A DNA stretch of 64,000 bases from Octopus vulgaris (lineage: Eukaryota): assembly GCA_951406725.2 (NCBI GenBank), contig OX597814.1, forward strand, positions 138,074,001 through 138,138,000. Reading direction: 5' to 3'. How positions within the stretch are numbered: position 1 is the first letter of the stretch; each line of letters begins with the position of its first letter. Under the pieces are notes generated by a model. The model worked only from the letters and a program-made list of their open reading frames with translations, ran no database searches and was not told the origin of the DNA. Positions 38,855-52,006 of this stretch are shown in pieces. The position numbers and the translations under genes are program-made.

Positions 38855-39232
38855 GAGATAGACTCATGGGATGAGGTGGTGAAGCATGATCTTCAAATGT
38901 TGGGCCTCATGGAGGTAATGACAAGTGACTGAGACCTTTGGCGGTATGCTATGCTTGAGAAGACTCGTCAAGCCAAGTGGTATCATAATCATGGCCGATG
39001 CCAGCATCATGTAACTGGCACCCATGCCAGTGGCACATAAAAGTGGCTGTGCTAGTGGCATGAAAAAAACACCCATTACACTCTTGGACTGATTGGCATT
39101 AGGAAGGGCATCCAGCTGTAGAAACCATGCCAGATCAAACTGGAACCTGGTGCTGCTCTCCAGCTTATCAGTTCCAGACAAACTATCTAACCCATGCCAG
39201 CATGGAAAGCAGACACTAAATGATGGTGATGA
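38855..39232 (+). mobile_element. RTE LINE 3' fragment
   Basis: tgggatgaggtggtgaagcatgatctt matches 51893-51920, followed by the shared 3' UTR and a (GAT)n tail. Confidence 0.82.
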
Positions 39233-39540
39233 TAGAATTTAGTAAATAGTGTCTTTTGGATGAGATTGCAAACTCAAGAACTTTTGGAAATATTAATTTT
39301 ATGTCGGTGACATTAATAAACGATGATAGCCCAAATTTTCAGCATATATGGCTACCAGCTCTTTAGCATTCAGATTATTCTGCCAAATTTGATGCTATTT
39401 ATTCACATTGTTTTGAATTAATCATGTTCTATCTTATAGCTTCAAGATTTCAATGATGTGATTGTTTATCTTTAGAAGGACATTGTTAGATAGGTGTGAG
39501 AGACTGGATATGGCCAGTTTAAATGTTAAAGAGTCAAACT

Positions 39541-40065
39541 TCTGTCTTCTTCTTCTTTGACCCCCTTCGGTCATGAATGACCATGGGATTGCACCTAGAA
39601 AGTTACCCTCTGAGGCACAAGTCTGGGCAAGGTTGTTTATGGAAGACCAGCAGTCGCCCATACATACCAGCCTCCCCTCTCCATGCCACTAATATTATCC
39701 AAGGGAAAGGCAAAGGCTGATACAGCTTGGCACCAGTGATGTCGGAGCTCATTTATTAACGTGCAAGTGGCTGAGCACTCCACAGACATGTGTACCCTTG
39801 ATGTAGTTCTCAGGGGGATACAGCATGACACAAAGTGACAAGGCTGGCCCTTTGAAATACAGGTACAACAGAAACAGGAAGAAAGAGTAAGAGAAAGTTG
39901 TGGTGAAAGAATACAGCAGGGTTCACCAACATTCCCTGCCGGAGCCTCGTGGAGCTTTAGGTGTTTTCGCTCAATAAACACTCACAATGCCCGGTCTGGG
40001 AATCGAAACCACGATCCTACAACTGTGAGTCTGCTGCCCTAACCACTGGACCATTGTGCCTCCAA
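39541..40065 (-). mobile_element. tRNA-derived SINE, family C, long form
   Basis: Same head as 21445-21759 and 47525. TSD taaagagt(c/t)aaact at 39527-39540 and 40066-40079. Confidence 0.85.
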
Positions 40066-43000
40066 TAAAGAGTTAAACTACTGCTCCCTAAATGATAGAG
40101 GAACAGCAACTGTTTCACATTAACCAAATTAATTTCATCCATTTCTATTATGGTCACCACAAAAATCTACTGGAATTTTAAGGTAGTCTTTATGTGTTCA
40201 CTCAATTAACAGCCAAAATCTTTCTCAAATGTCAACCTATCATCTTAAAACAGAAGGGCATATTAGATAAAGTAGACCTAGGCATAGTGTGTTTGAAAAT
40301 AAGATGGGATGGTCACATCTGAAACATCTTGGATCAAAGGATTACTCAACCAGGGCTGGCCTGGGATGAAACAACAAGAACAAATATGCAGTATTAGACT
40401 ACATGTCCGAATTATAGCATTTCTCCTGCTCTCCTCATACAGTTAATTACTGTGTGCTGGGAGTGTGTTGTATGGTCCTCAGTGGGACAAATGCTCAAAG
40501 TACACCACCGCTGCCGCTGCCACCACCATCACCACCACCACCACCGTTATCATCATCATCATCGTTTTGATGTTGACTTTATCATGCCTGCATGAGTCAT
40601 ATGGAATTTGTTGAAGCAGATTTTCTTTAACTGGATGTCTTTCCTGTCATCCACCCTCTCCTGTTTACAAGCAAAATTATTTTTCTCTACAAATGATATT
40701 GTATGATTGTAACACTCGTTCACAACTATCACATGATGTTAAAAGGTGACATAAGCACACACTCTCATATGCACAAATACACACACACACATACATGATA
40801 GGCTTCTTTCAGTTTCCATCTACCAAATCCACTCACAAAGCATTGGTTGGTCCAGGGCTACAACGGAAAACACTTGCCATAGATGTCACACAGTAGGAAC
40901 GAACCTGAAGCAGTGAAGTTAGGAAGCAAATTCTTCAGCTCATAGCCATTCCTACATCTAATCTCTTATGCTTTGTAAGTGGAACAGTATATTTTATGGT
41001 TACATCTAGTATTTCTATGATCTGTGTCATAGAATCTGCTTGATCAGAACTGATGTGGGGTTACATATCAAAAATTACAGTAACTACTTAATCTTGATGA
41101 GGAGAAGGAAGAAGAAGATAATGATGATAATGGTAGTGATGATGGTGGCGTTGATGGGGATGGTGGCAAGAAGAGTTATGTAACTTTATTGTTATTGTTG
41201 TTAGTTTTTAGCTGCAGGTCAGTCCTGAAATCAAGCAAACATGATCAAAATTGAAGATATTCCAGCCATGATTACCTCAACTTGATTTCTGGCAGGGTGT
41301 CCTGGGTTACATTTTTCAAGGTTTTTCTTTGAGCGATGGACCTATTTACATGGACCTCTGATCAAATTTATCCTATCCATGGCCATCACTAAGAACAAGA
41401 CCACTATGTCAATTTGAAGTGTCTAGGTCTAGGAGAACATTATTATTTTAAATATTTTGTTTTTCTTTCTACTATATGCATAACATATGAAATTTTTGGG
41501 GAGTGAGCTAGTTATTACATCAACCCCAGTGCTTAACTGGTACTTATTTTATCAACCCTGTAAAGAAAAGAAGCAGAGTCAATCTAGACATAATTTGAAC
41601 TCAGAATGTAAAGGTAGAAGTAATTGTGGCATGCTAATTATTCTGCCAGCTCACAACTTTTGCTGGGGGCTACCTTATATAATGTGTTTTATCTTTATTG
41701 TGTAACACAGTCAGGGAGGTGGATGATATCTGACTGCTATTTTTAGCACATCAAGCAATCACAGAGAGAGCCTTTCCTTAGCTTTTCCTTCATCTTGGTG
41801 TAAACGCTCTTGTGAAGAAGAATTTCATGAAAACTGATCTCTATCAATGGGAATAAGGTTAGGGAGTATATATATTTTTAGCACCTACTTATCAATCCAA
41901 CTACAATAATACTTGTTGAAATGACAGAGAGCTTGACAACTGAAGAGACTACTTTGTTATGTAAACATTTTCTTCAATATAAAAAGTTTGTTTACACATC
42001 AATTCCTTACTTTATCTTCGTTAAAACAGGATCTCTAGCTGACCATCTTACGTCATTCTTCTCTATATTTTTTCTTATGTATTTGGCTCTCTGCTTGACA
42101 CAATTTGTGTGTGTTTGTGTGTGTATGTGTGTGTGTGAAGGAGAGAGAGTACCTTGATGCCTTTACTCTGGCATGTGTGTGTGTGTGTGCGTGCTTGCGT
42201 TTATCTGTCTGTGTATGCCTGTGTGTAAGAGAGAGAGAGAGAGAGAGAGAGAGCAGCTTACTGTTTTCTGCTGCATGTATATGCGTGTGTAAGAGTTAGT
42301 ACCTCCCTGACTATTCTGGTGTCTGTACATATGTACATGTGTGTGTGTGTGTGTGAACTTCAGTGGCTTTACTCAGCTATGTGTGTATGCACATATACAT
42401 AAAAACACAGACTCACACAAACATATACATATCCATATTTAGGTTTGTATATTTATCCTTTATTTTTACATGTATAAGTATGTATCTGGCAGTCTTTACA
42501 CAGTCTCCCTCTGTGGTTGAGCACATTGCTTCTCAACCACATGGTCTTGAGTTCAGTCCCACTGTGTGGCGCCTTGGACAAGTGTCTTCTACTATAGCCT
42601 CAAACTAACCAAAGCTTTGTGAGTGGATTTGATAAATGGAAACTGAGAGAAGCCTATCAAGTACACACACACACACACACATGCCTCTGCCACGTACAAA
42701 CATCACATTCTGTCAGCCTGCCTGTCATTACACTACATTTCTTATGTATCTATAGCTTACCTTAGGTTCAGTAGACACACACACACACAGGTGTATATGT
42801 TTATGCATTTATATGTGTGTGTGTTCGTATGTATATATATGTATATGTATGTATGAAATTATGCTCATAGTATATTAGTGCAAATTTAATGCACAAATTT
42901 GTAATTTAATTAATTATTCAGTATTAATGGAAATAAATGGCTGTAAGAAGTAAAGCTTACTAATTTGGTAATAATGAATAATTATTAACCTTGTGTTTTC

Positions 43001-44119
43001 CATTTTCTTTTTTTCATTTAATTGGATATGAACTATATGCTTAAAATATACCAATTGTTTTAAGGGAATTTGATTCCCCAATAATACTAGGTATCAAACC
43101 AGTATTCCCTTGGATGTAACCATCCCTTTTATGAGGTTAACATGCCCTCTAAATAAATCTATACATATTTATATGTATTTGTGTGTGTGTGAGGGCACAT
43201 GGCCTCATGGTTTGGGATGTTGTACTCATGATCATGAGATCATGATTTCAATTCCTAGACCAGGTGGTGTATTGTGTTCTTGAGCAAAACACTTCATCTC
43301 ACATTGCTCTGTGTTCACTTTGATTCCTGATGCCTGGTTACACAGTGTATCACTTATGGCAACAGCGATTTGATGAAGAGAGTGAGCTAATGTGCAGCAC
43401 GAAACAAATTATTTGTGCAGGTCATTTGGCAAGCTGAACACTCGTACATCATCTTCGACGGGAGAGTCCGTCATATATTGAGAAATAGGGAGAGAGATAA
43501 TGATGCAGATAAACACAATTAGGTTTGACATTAGGCAGCATCACTATCTCCACATCAGTTCACCTGAATTTCTCTTATAGTCACCCTTGACTTTGTGGAC
43601 TGAGACCTGGATAAAGTATTCAGCGTTTTGAGTTCAGTTTATTTGAGCACGACAATGTTTTTTCCTGTACTGAGCATATCTAGCTGTTTACTGTCGTCTG
43701 TATGTGTGTGTGTGTGTGTGTGTATGGGGTGAAGTGGAGGTGTTGCTGTCTCCTTGCTTTGACTTTGTGTGGTAGTTGTAAGCAAGTATAATCATCATTC
43801 GAATGGCATCCTTTATGTCCAGTCTTCTGTGAATGATATGTCTGGTCATGGGGAAATATTGCCTTATTTGGAAACAGGTGAGAGTTGGTGACAGGAAGTG
43901 CATCCAGTTGTAGAAAATCTACCTCAATAAATTCCATCCAGCCCATGCAAGCTTGGTAAAGAGGACATTAAAATGATGATGGTGGTCATGTTCATATGTA
44001 TGTATCTGGCAGTCTTGTTTATGGGAAACATTTTGAATATGCAAAAGAAGCTCCTATTCTATTATGCCAGCTACAGTCTAGTGATATTGACTAGTGAACC
44101 AGTTTTGGGGGTTGCATTA

Positions 44120-44155
<36 letters not shown>

Positions 44156-44420
44156 ATAAAAAGGGGTTTGTGTAATTGTGTATAGAGGGATATATATAAT
44201 TCAAAGAAATTCCAACTCTGTTTTTTATGTTTTATTTATATTCTTTATAATATTAATGTAGAATATAGTATAAATAATATATATATATAGTAAAATGAAA
44301 TGAAGTATTGATTGTCTTATTGAAAAGATGAAATATTGAATATAAAATATTAAGGGACTAGTATACTTTCATGCGTTATAGCAGTCTTCAAGGTGACAGG
44401 AGTGTTTCAACTGGTATATA

Positions 44421-44646
44421 CCAGAGTAAACACATAAATGTGAAACAAGGTGGAAAAAATAGTACTTGGATCCAGAGGTAGAGGAATATGCTTTATAAAA
44501 AAGCAGCAAAAATGTCACAAAAACTGTTACTCAGTTTCATGTTCCTGTTCATCAGACAGTTTTGTTTAGAAACAAAACTTTCTGACAAGTGGGAATGTGA
44601 AACTCTGAGTAAAATTTTGTGATATTTTTGCTGCTTTTTAATAAAG
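44421..44646 (-). mobile_element. Fold-back + tail element carrying two divergent hammerhead copies (PLE terminal-repeat derivative)
   Basis: Palindrome 44491-44646 centred near 44568, with a unique tail at 44421-44490. Followed by (TA)n/(TATG)n. Confidence 0.75.
44520..44563 (-). ncRNA. Minimal type I hammerhead ribozyme motif
   Basis: Minus strand: aaaactgt-CTGATGA-acaggaacat-GAAA-ctgag-TA-acagtttt. Perfect 8-bp stem I, intact core, GUA triplet, weakened stem II. The mirror copy at 44574-44618 (+) reads CTGACAA...GAAA-ctctgag-TA. Confidence 0.75.
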
Positions 44647-44666
44647 TATATATATATATATATATG

Positions 44667-44698
<32 letters not shown>

Positions 44699-46742
44699 TG
44701 TATGTATGTATGTATGTATGTATGTATGTATGTATGTATGTATGTATGTATGTGTATATACATATATATATATATATGTACAAATATATAAGGGTGAGTC
44801 AGAAAGTATTACTGCATTACTTCCTGACTTACCTTTGTGTGTATATATGTATGTGTGTGTGTGAGTGGAGAGCAGAACTGTGAACGGTGTAGGTTAGAGC
44901 TATGAATAGTGTGAGAGCTGCTAAGAGTGGAGATCAGATGCAGGAGCTTTGTTGAGTTGTTTCCAGCTTTGGCTGTGGTTTGATATGAGGTGGAAGAGTG
45001 GTGAGGTAGATTTGTTGAGCAGCAGTGGTTGCTACTAGTTGGATTGCAAACAGAGTTTGCAAGCAACAACATAGGAGGAAGTGCAGAACAGGGAATCTTG
45101 ATGCTATATTATGTAGCCACGCAGATTTGTACAATTACTTAAGCAGCTAAAACATCGATGGCTTGGCTGTTAATACTTTTACTAGGTATCATCTAATGTC
45201 TTTTCATTTGGCAGATTGTCATATTATTAACTCAGGCAGCTGTAACTGTCTTTAAAAAGGAAAATAAAACTGTTCAAATGTACAAAATAAATGGATTGAA
45301 ATAGAAAAAAAAAAGAAGAATCAAAACTATGAAGAGGTGGGGGGAGAAGGTAAATATAACATTTTTTCTTTATTTTTAATTCCAGGAACTTCCTTAATTT
45401 TGTAACAGAAGAACTGAAAGACCCATATAAGTAAGTTTGGCTTTTCATTTGTAATTTCTTTTTCTTTTTTTTTGTCATTTCTTTATTCATATCTACCTGT
45501 ATATTTGTTTTGTCTGTGAAGTGTCCTTCGGCTGGAAGTTCAACATGTAAAAAAAAAAATACCTAATGTTTTCTAAGATATTCATATGCTTGAAGCATAT
45601 TTAGTTGTGTCTTGGGAGAGTCATTCACTTTTAGTGCTTTATTATTTAACACACTCACCGGCACCAAAAGAGAATGACTCTCCCCAGACACAATAAAATA
45701 TGCTTCAACACACAAACTCACATAAAGAATCTTGCAAACCAAATCCAAAAACAAAGTGAAGCATATTTAGTTTTGCAGTATAATAAAAAAAATGATCTCA
45801 AATTTTGGCAGAAGGTCACCAAGTCTAGGGCAGTGGACTAGTTGATTATATCAACCCCAGTACTCAACTGGTACTTATTTTATTGACCGTGAAAGGAAGA
45901 GAGGCAAAGTCAACCTTGGTAGAGTTTGAACTCAGAACGTGAAGACAGACGAAATGCTGCTAAGCCTTTTGTCCAATTGTACCAGTGATCATTGGAGCTT
46001 TGGGAATAATACCAGGCTACTCATAAGTTTCAGAATGACAAAACATTGCTCTCTTGGGTACTGCCCACATTCTCAGAACACTGTAAACCTGAGAATATCT
46101 GAATCTTTTAAACTTTCAAAATTGCAGATATCACAATAAACTTTTAATGAAATACTAATTCTCAGTATTTGGTCTCCTTTCTCTACAATGTATCATTGCT
46201 ACTCAAAAATAACACAGTAAAGCATTTAACTTACTATCATTTGTGGTCATGGGGTGAAACTTGGAGCATAAAGCAATGTAATATCAATACTGATGTTGCA
46301 AATAGCAACATATATGGAAGGGTCTCTCCCGGTTAATAACACAGTATTCAGTGTTCTAACAAGACACCCATGTTAAGTTGGATATAAAGATTACCTTTTG
46401 GTATTAATATTGCTTCTGTTGTAAATAATTAATTTTTAATAAACCCATTGGCTATTTGTGACACCAGTGTCTGAAAAGATGCTGATATACTATATATCAC
46501 ACCAGAGAGATTCAGTTGAAGCATACAACTTCTGCTCAAATACTTTTATGAGCATCAAAGTACAAGAGGAATGGTTTCTTATATTAACAAAGCTGTGATA
46601 TGCCTGACTAATAATCTCAACCCTACAAATGAGGACAGGAAATACCCTAAATAACAACAATTAAAGACTGGACTAGCCTATACTACCTACATTCTTCCGT
46701 GAAAAAAAGTTGACAAACCCAATTACTAAGGGCATTAGTAAT

Positions 46743-47154
46743 TTAACCCTTTCATTACCAACCCAGCTGAAACCATCTCTGGCTCTGTAGTATAAATGTC
46801 TTGTTTTCATAACTTTTGAATTAAAATCTCCCACCAAACCTTAGTCACAATTAATGCTCCTAACACTAGCTGAATGACAATTAAGTCATTTCACTAAATT
46901 CTTTGTTATATTTAAAGTAATTGAAAAAAACACAGAGCATCTCAAAATACAGTAACGAAAGGGTTAAACCAGTCACATCTGGCTGAAACTGGCCAGATCT
47001 GGCTCCTCTCACATTTACCCTACAATGTTATTCTAAATATAAACAATCACATCATTGAAATCTTGAAGTTACAAGATAATGCATGATTAATTCAAAACAA
47101 TATGAATAAATAAGGATTACATTTCAGAGAGTAATCCAAAAGCTAAAGGGTTAA
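46743..47154. mobile_element. Two adjacent TTAA MITEs sharing a TTAA
   Basis: ttaaccctttcattacc...gtaacgaaagggttaa (46743-46967), then a second family ending gctaaagggttaa (47154), related to 39355-39535. Confidence 0.7.
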
Positions 47155-47522
47155 ATATGGGACTCTGTATCTTTGACATTTATTTTGTCAGAGCAAAAGG
47201 ATTAAATCCAATAATATCAAAAGCAACAAAATTACTGTCAGACCTTGTGCTTACCTAAGGAAAAGAGAAACTCCTACAGGCATGTTTCACTAAGTTCTAC
47301 ATGTATGAACAAATTCTAAACAATAGCAATAACTCCAAATTTAATCAATAAAAGATTTTTCAAAAACACTTTCTCATAAAAGCCTAATTACCACTCCACT
47401 TAAACCCACACACCCAAAGAAGATTGCATGGCTTAGCTGTCCAAAACTTTTAAGTCACTGTCAACGACATTCTTATATAAGACCAATTACTAAATGTGTG
47501 TGTGTGTGTATATATATATATA

Positions 47523-47850
47523 AGAGACGCAATGGCCCACTCGTTAGAGCTGTGAACTCGCAGTTGTAGGATCGTGGTTTCGATTCCCAGACCGAGCATT
47601 GTGAGTTTTTATTGAGCAAAAGCACCTGAAGCTCCACAAGGCTCCGGCAGCGGATGGTGGCAAACCCTGCTGTATTCTTTCACCACAACTTTCTCTCACT
47701 CTTTTTTCCTGTTTCTGTTGTATCTGTATTTCAAAGGGCTAGCCTTGTCACACTCTGTATCATGCTGAATCTCCCCGAGAACTACACTAAGGGTACACGT
47801 GTCTGTGGAGTGCATAGCCATTGGCACATTAATTCCACAAGCAAGTGGAG
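47523..47850 (+). mobile_element. tRNA-derived SINE, family C
   Basis: Head gacgcaatggcccactcgttagagc...ggtttcgattcccagacc. Body is the reverse complement of 39750-40060. Confidence 0.82.
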
Positions 47851-47901
47851 AGCCGTAGACATATATATATATATATATATAACATCATCATCATCATCAT
47901 C

Positions 47902-47937
<36 letters not shown>

Positions 47938-49016
47938 TCTTTTATTCTTTTACTTGTTTCAGTCTTTGACTGCAGCCATGCTGGAGCACTGCCTTTAGTC
48001 GAACAAATCGACCCCAGGGCTTTTTCTTTGTAAGCCTGGTACTTATTTTATCGATCTCATTTGCCGAACTGGTAAGTTACGAGGACGTAAACACACCAAC
48101 ATTGGTTGTCAAGTGATGGTGGGGGGACCAAACACAGACACACAAATATATATGCATATATATATATGACGGGCTTCTTTCAAAGGGCATCAAGCTGTAG
48201 AAAATCTGCCTTAATGAATTCTGTTCAATACATACAAGCAAGGAAAAGTTGATGTTAAAATGATGATGATTATGATGATGATGGTGTATGTGTACGTGTG
48301 TGAAAGAGACTGTATGTTAATTTTACCATTTCCTGTTATCATTGTTTGAATGAACTGGTGGTAGTGTTGACATCCTTTGTTGACAATATGACTGGTAGTT
48401 CTGCACTTTCGAAGATCCCTGAAAGGAAAAAGTCCTTCACTATAAAACAAGTAAGGCTTGCCAGCATAATGTACACCAGACCATAAGGTCCTGCCTTAAA
48501 ATATCTCCCTAGTCTAAACACATGCTAGCATGGAACAAAATTTCCAAAACAGATGTTATACACACAAATATATATTTAGCAGACCTACACCTGTAAAAGT
48601 ACAATCTATTTACTAGTAGCTCTGCTTACTTGTAAACCCAACAAAGTACCACTGAAATTCCTGAAACTGGTAATTCTATTACCAGTCATGTGAATTGCTG
48701 GAAAATACTTGAGGGATATTAACCCTAATGTTATTGTACTTTTCTATAGTGTAGTAGATAAAGACATTGGTTAATGCAATGCAGTCACATAGAAGTTCTG
48801 AGTTCAGTCCCAGGCATGGCACTAAGGTAATTCACAAAAAATGAACTGAAGCAAAAAATGTCATGAAATGCAGAGAATGGACTGAGAACACTGTACCTCC
48901 TTGGATGAAATAAAGAATTAGGTTTGAAATTCTAATACAACAGCTGAGTTCAACAGAAGACACCTAAAAGACACTGGAGTGTACAATAGTCAAATATATA
49001 TATATGTGTGTATGTA

Positions 49017-49060
<44 letters not shown>

Positions 49061-49065
<5 letters not shown>

Positions 49066-49440
49066 CATTATATAAAAGGGCTTAGTAAAATAAATTACTT
49101 TGCGCATACTGAACTCATTAGAAATAGCAGCTAAAAAACTTTTAAAGCTATTTCTAATACTTAAGAAAATCCTCTCATATATAGCGTTGCTTAATTCAAC
49201 TCACAAGTTGTGAGTTGAATTAAGCAAACGCTATATATGAGAGAGATTTTCTTTAAGTATTAGAAATAGCTTTAAAAAGTTTTTAGTATTTCAATGAGTT
49301 CAGTATGCAAAGTAATTTATTTTACTAAGCCCTTTATATAATGTAATAATTTGAATTCGCCTTAAATGGTCCCTTTGCATACTGAACACTTGGTGAAATT
49401 GATTAATAATTAATTAATTTTACCCTCAATTGTTGAAATT
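49061..49440 (+). mobile_element. Fold-back + tail element between (TA)n runs
   Basis: Near-perfect ~143-bp-arm palindrome at 49061-49348 with a 1-nt loop (tcacaa-g-ttgtga at 49207), then a ~90-nt tail. Confidence 0.7.
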
Positions 49441-49594
49441 ATATATATATATATATATACATATATACATATATGTGCATGTGTGTATCTTTGTGTATGT
49501 GTTTGTTTGTCCCCTACTACCTCTTGACAACCAGTGTTTGTGTGTTTATGTCCCTGTAACTTAGCAGTTCAGCAAAAGAGGCTGATAGAATAAG

Positions 49595-50720
49595 TATTGG
49601 GTTCCATGTCTGTTTTGGCATGGTTTCTAAGGCTGGATGCCTTTCCTAATGCCAACAACTTTTCAGAGTATACTGGGTGCTGTAAATGCAGCACTGGCAC
49701 AGGTGCATTTATGTGGTACCACTATAGGTTCTTTTTATGTGGCACCAGTACAGGTGCTCTTTATGTGGCACCAGCACTGCAGGATTAAGAATGTGCAGAT
49801 GGAGAGGGATGCAGGGTACATACTTGTATGCAAGGACAACCACGCTTTTATTTAGCTTGACATGTCTGCTTGTGGGTAACAAACCACCAGGAGTTTCAGT
49901 TTCCTGTCCTAACCTCTGTGAGTCCCATCATCATCATCATCATCCAGTGTTTTAAATTCAGGTTTTATCCCAATTAACAGGGGTGGCCTGATCTACCTCA
50001 ATGCCATCGCAACTGCCCTCACACCATCTGGCCTGGTTTTGGGCATCCTCTATTTTCAAACCAATCCTCCCAATCTCCTCCTCCACATGTCCCCTTCGCC
50101 TTTTCCTCTGTCTATCCCACTTTTGTGCTCCATTTATCTCAAATGTAGTCACCTTCCTCAAAACATGCTCTTCATCCCTCCTCAAAACATGCCCATACCA
50201 CCTCACTCCATTCGCCCTTGCCAACCGTTTCACCGATTCCTCCAACCTCAGCATTCTCATCAAAACCTCAGTCCTCCTCTGTAAATCTTTCTCACCACTT
50301 TGTCCCACATCTTCCTGGGTCTTACTCCTTCCACATATTCCCTCCACAATTAGAGATCAGCACCTCTTGATGCAACTGTCTTTATATGCATTACATGACC
50401 ATACCAGCACAGTCTTCTCTCTCACTACATCTGATACCTCGTATACCCAGTTTTTCTCTCAAATCACTTACACTCTGTTGTATATGCACACTGACATTAC
50501 CCATTCAGTGAAGCATATTGGCTTCATTTCTTTCAAGCCTTTGCATATCCTCAGTAGTTGCATCCCATGTCTCACTGCTATGTAGCATAGCTATTTGTAC
50601 ACAGGCACTAAACAATCTGCCTTTCACTCTGAGGAAGAGGCCTTTTGTTACTAATAGGGGTAGTAGCTCTCTGAACTTTGCCTAGCTTATTCTTATTCAA
50701 GCAGCTATGCTAGGATAAGA
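49595..50720 (-). mobile_element. Older copy of the 51031 RTE family with a different RTE fragment nested inside (~49928-50275)
   Basis: 50280-50720 is the reverse complement of 51495-51920 with stops. The insert encodes ...RLARANGVRWYGHVLRRDEEHVLRK...EDAQNQARW and has its own (GAT)n tail. Confidence 0.82.
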
Positions 50721-51031
50721 ATATATATATATATATATTTATATCAAAAGGATGTGTTATAACACTATTCCACATATAAAAAAAACAGCCATACCAACAA
50801 TCCAACATACCTATATCATCAGCTGCCCCATGGATATCATTATGGTTTCAACACCTGGGCAGTACCATTCAATCTGACAGTATTAGTAGCACTGAAAGAA
50901 GTGCTGTTTGGGAAAAAGCTTATAAAAAATCAAAACACACAACTTTCAAACACATTTATTCTATGTACAACAGCATTCAATCAAATATATATATAAATAT
51001 ATATATTTTTTCTAACTAATGTTCTGCTTGC

Positions 51032-52006
51032 TGTCCCTGGGAGCTCCTCTACGCTGACGACCTTGCTCTTATTGCTGAGTCACTATCAGAACTGGAGGAG
51101 AAGTTCCAGGTGTGGAAGGAGGGTTTAGAATCAAGGGGCCTTAGAGTCAACCTAGCTAAAACCAAAGTACTAATAAGTAGAAAGGTAGACAATCCACAAA
51201 TATCTTCAGGAAGATGGCCCTGCTCGATCTGTAGAAAAGGTGTAGGTAGAAACTCTATAAGATGTACCCAGTGTAAGCTATGGACACATAAGAGGTGCAG
51301 CAATGTCAAAGGTAGGCTAACTGGGAAGATAGTTTTTGTATGTGGCAGATGCTCGGGAGCATTAACCTCCGAAAATCTGCAGAAAACAACTTCCGTCACT
51401 TTCCAGGGGGAAAAACTAGAAGTAGTTGATAGCTTCCGTTATCTAGGTGACCAAGTCAGTAGTGGGGGTGGGTGCGCTGAAAGTGTAACTGCTAGAATAA
51501 GAATAGCCTGGGCAAAGTTTAGGGAGCTCTTACCTCTGCTGGTGACTAAAGGCCTCTCGCTCAGAGTAAAAGGCAGACTGTATGATGCGTGTGTACGAAC
51601 AGCCATGCTACATGGCAGCGAAACATGGGCCGTGACTGCTGAGGACATGCGTAAGCTCGTGAGGAATGAAGCCAGTATGCTCCGATGGATGTGTAATGTC
51701 AGTGTACATACTCGACAGAGCGTTAGCACCTTGAGAGAAATGTTGTACCTAAGAAGCATCAGTTGTGGTGTGCAAGAGAGACGATTGCGCTGGTATGGTC
51801 ATGTGGCGAGAATGGATGAAGATAGGTGTGTGAGAAAGTGCCAATCCCTAGCAGTTGAGGGAACCCGTGGAAGAGGTAGACCCAGGAAAACCTGGGACGA
51901 GGTGGTGAAGCACGACCTTCGAACTTTAGGCCTCACTGAGGAAATGACCAGAGACCGAGACCTTTGGAAATATTCTGTACGTGAGAAGACCAGGCAGGAC
52001 AAGTGA
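51032..52006 (+). CDS. Truncated RTE reverse transcriptase with an embedded C4HC3 (PHD-like) finger; no true start codon
   Basis: CPWELLYADDLALIAES...GLRVNLAKTKV...[C-x2-C-x10-C-x2-C-x4-H-x2-C-x14-C-x2-C]...VDSFRYLG...MLHGSETW...RRLRWYGHVARM...RGRGRPRKTW. Confidence 0.88.
   Translation, partial: CPWELLYADDLALIAESLSELEEKFQVWKEGLESRGLRVNLAKTKVLISRKVDNPQISSGRWPCSICRKGVGRNSIRCTQCKLWTHKRCSNVKGRLTGKIVFVCGRCSGALTSENLQKTTSVTFQGEKLEVVDSFRYLGDQVSSGGGCAESVTARIRIAWAKFRELLPLLVTKGLSLRVKGRLYDACVRTAMLHGSETWAVTAEDMRKLVRNEASMLRWMCNVSVHTRQSVSTLREMLYLRSISCGVQERRLRWYGHVARMDEDRCVRKCQSLAVEGTRGRGRPRKTWDEVVKHDLRTLGLTEEMTRDRDLWKYSVREKTRQDK

Noticed and set aside
44355-44397. Minus-strand TTGAAGA-ctgc..gcat-GAAA-gtatac-TA hammerhead-like motif
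   Set aside because: The palindromic stem III is suggestive, but the core is altered and stem I has at most 2 bp. Too weak to list as a feature.
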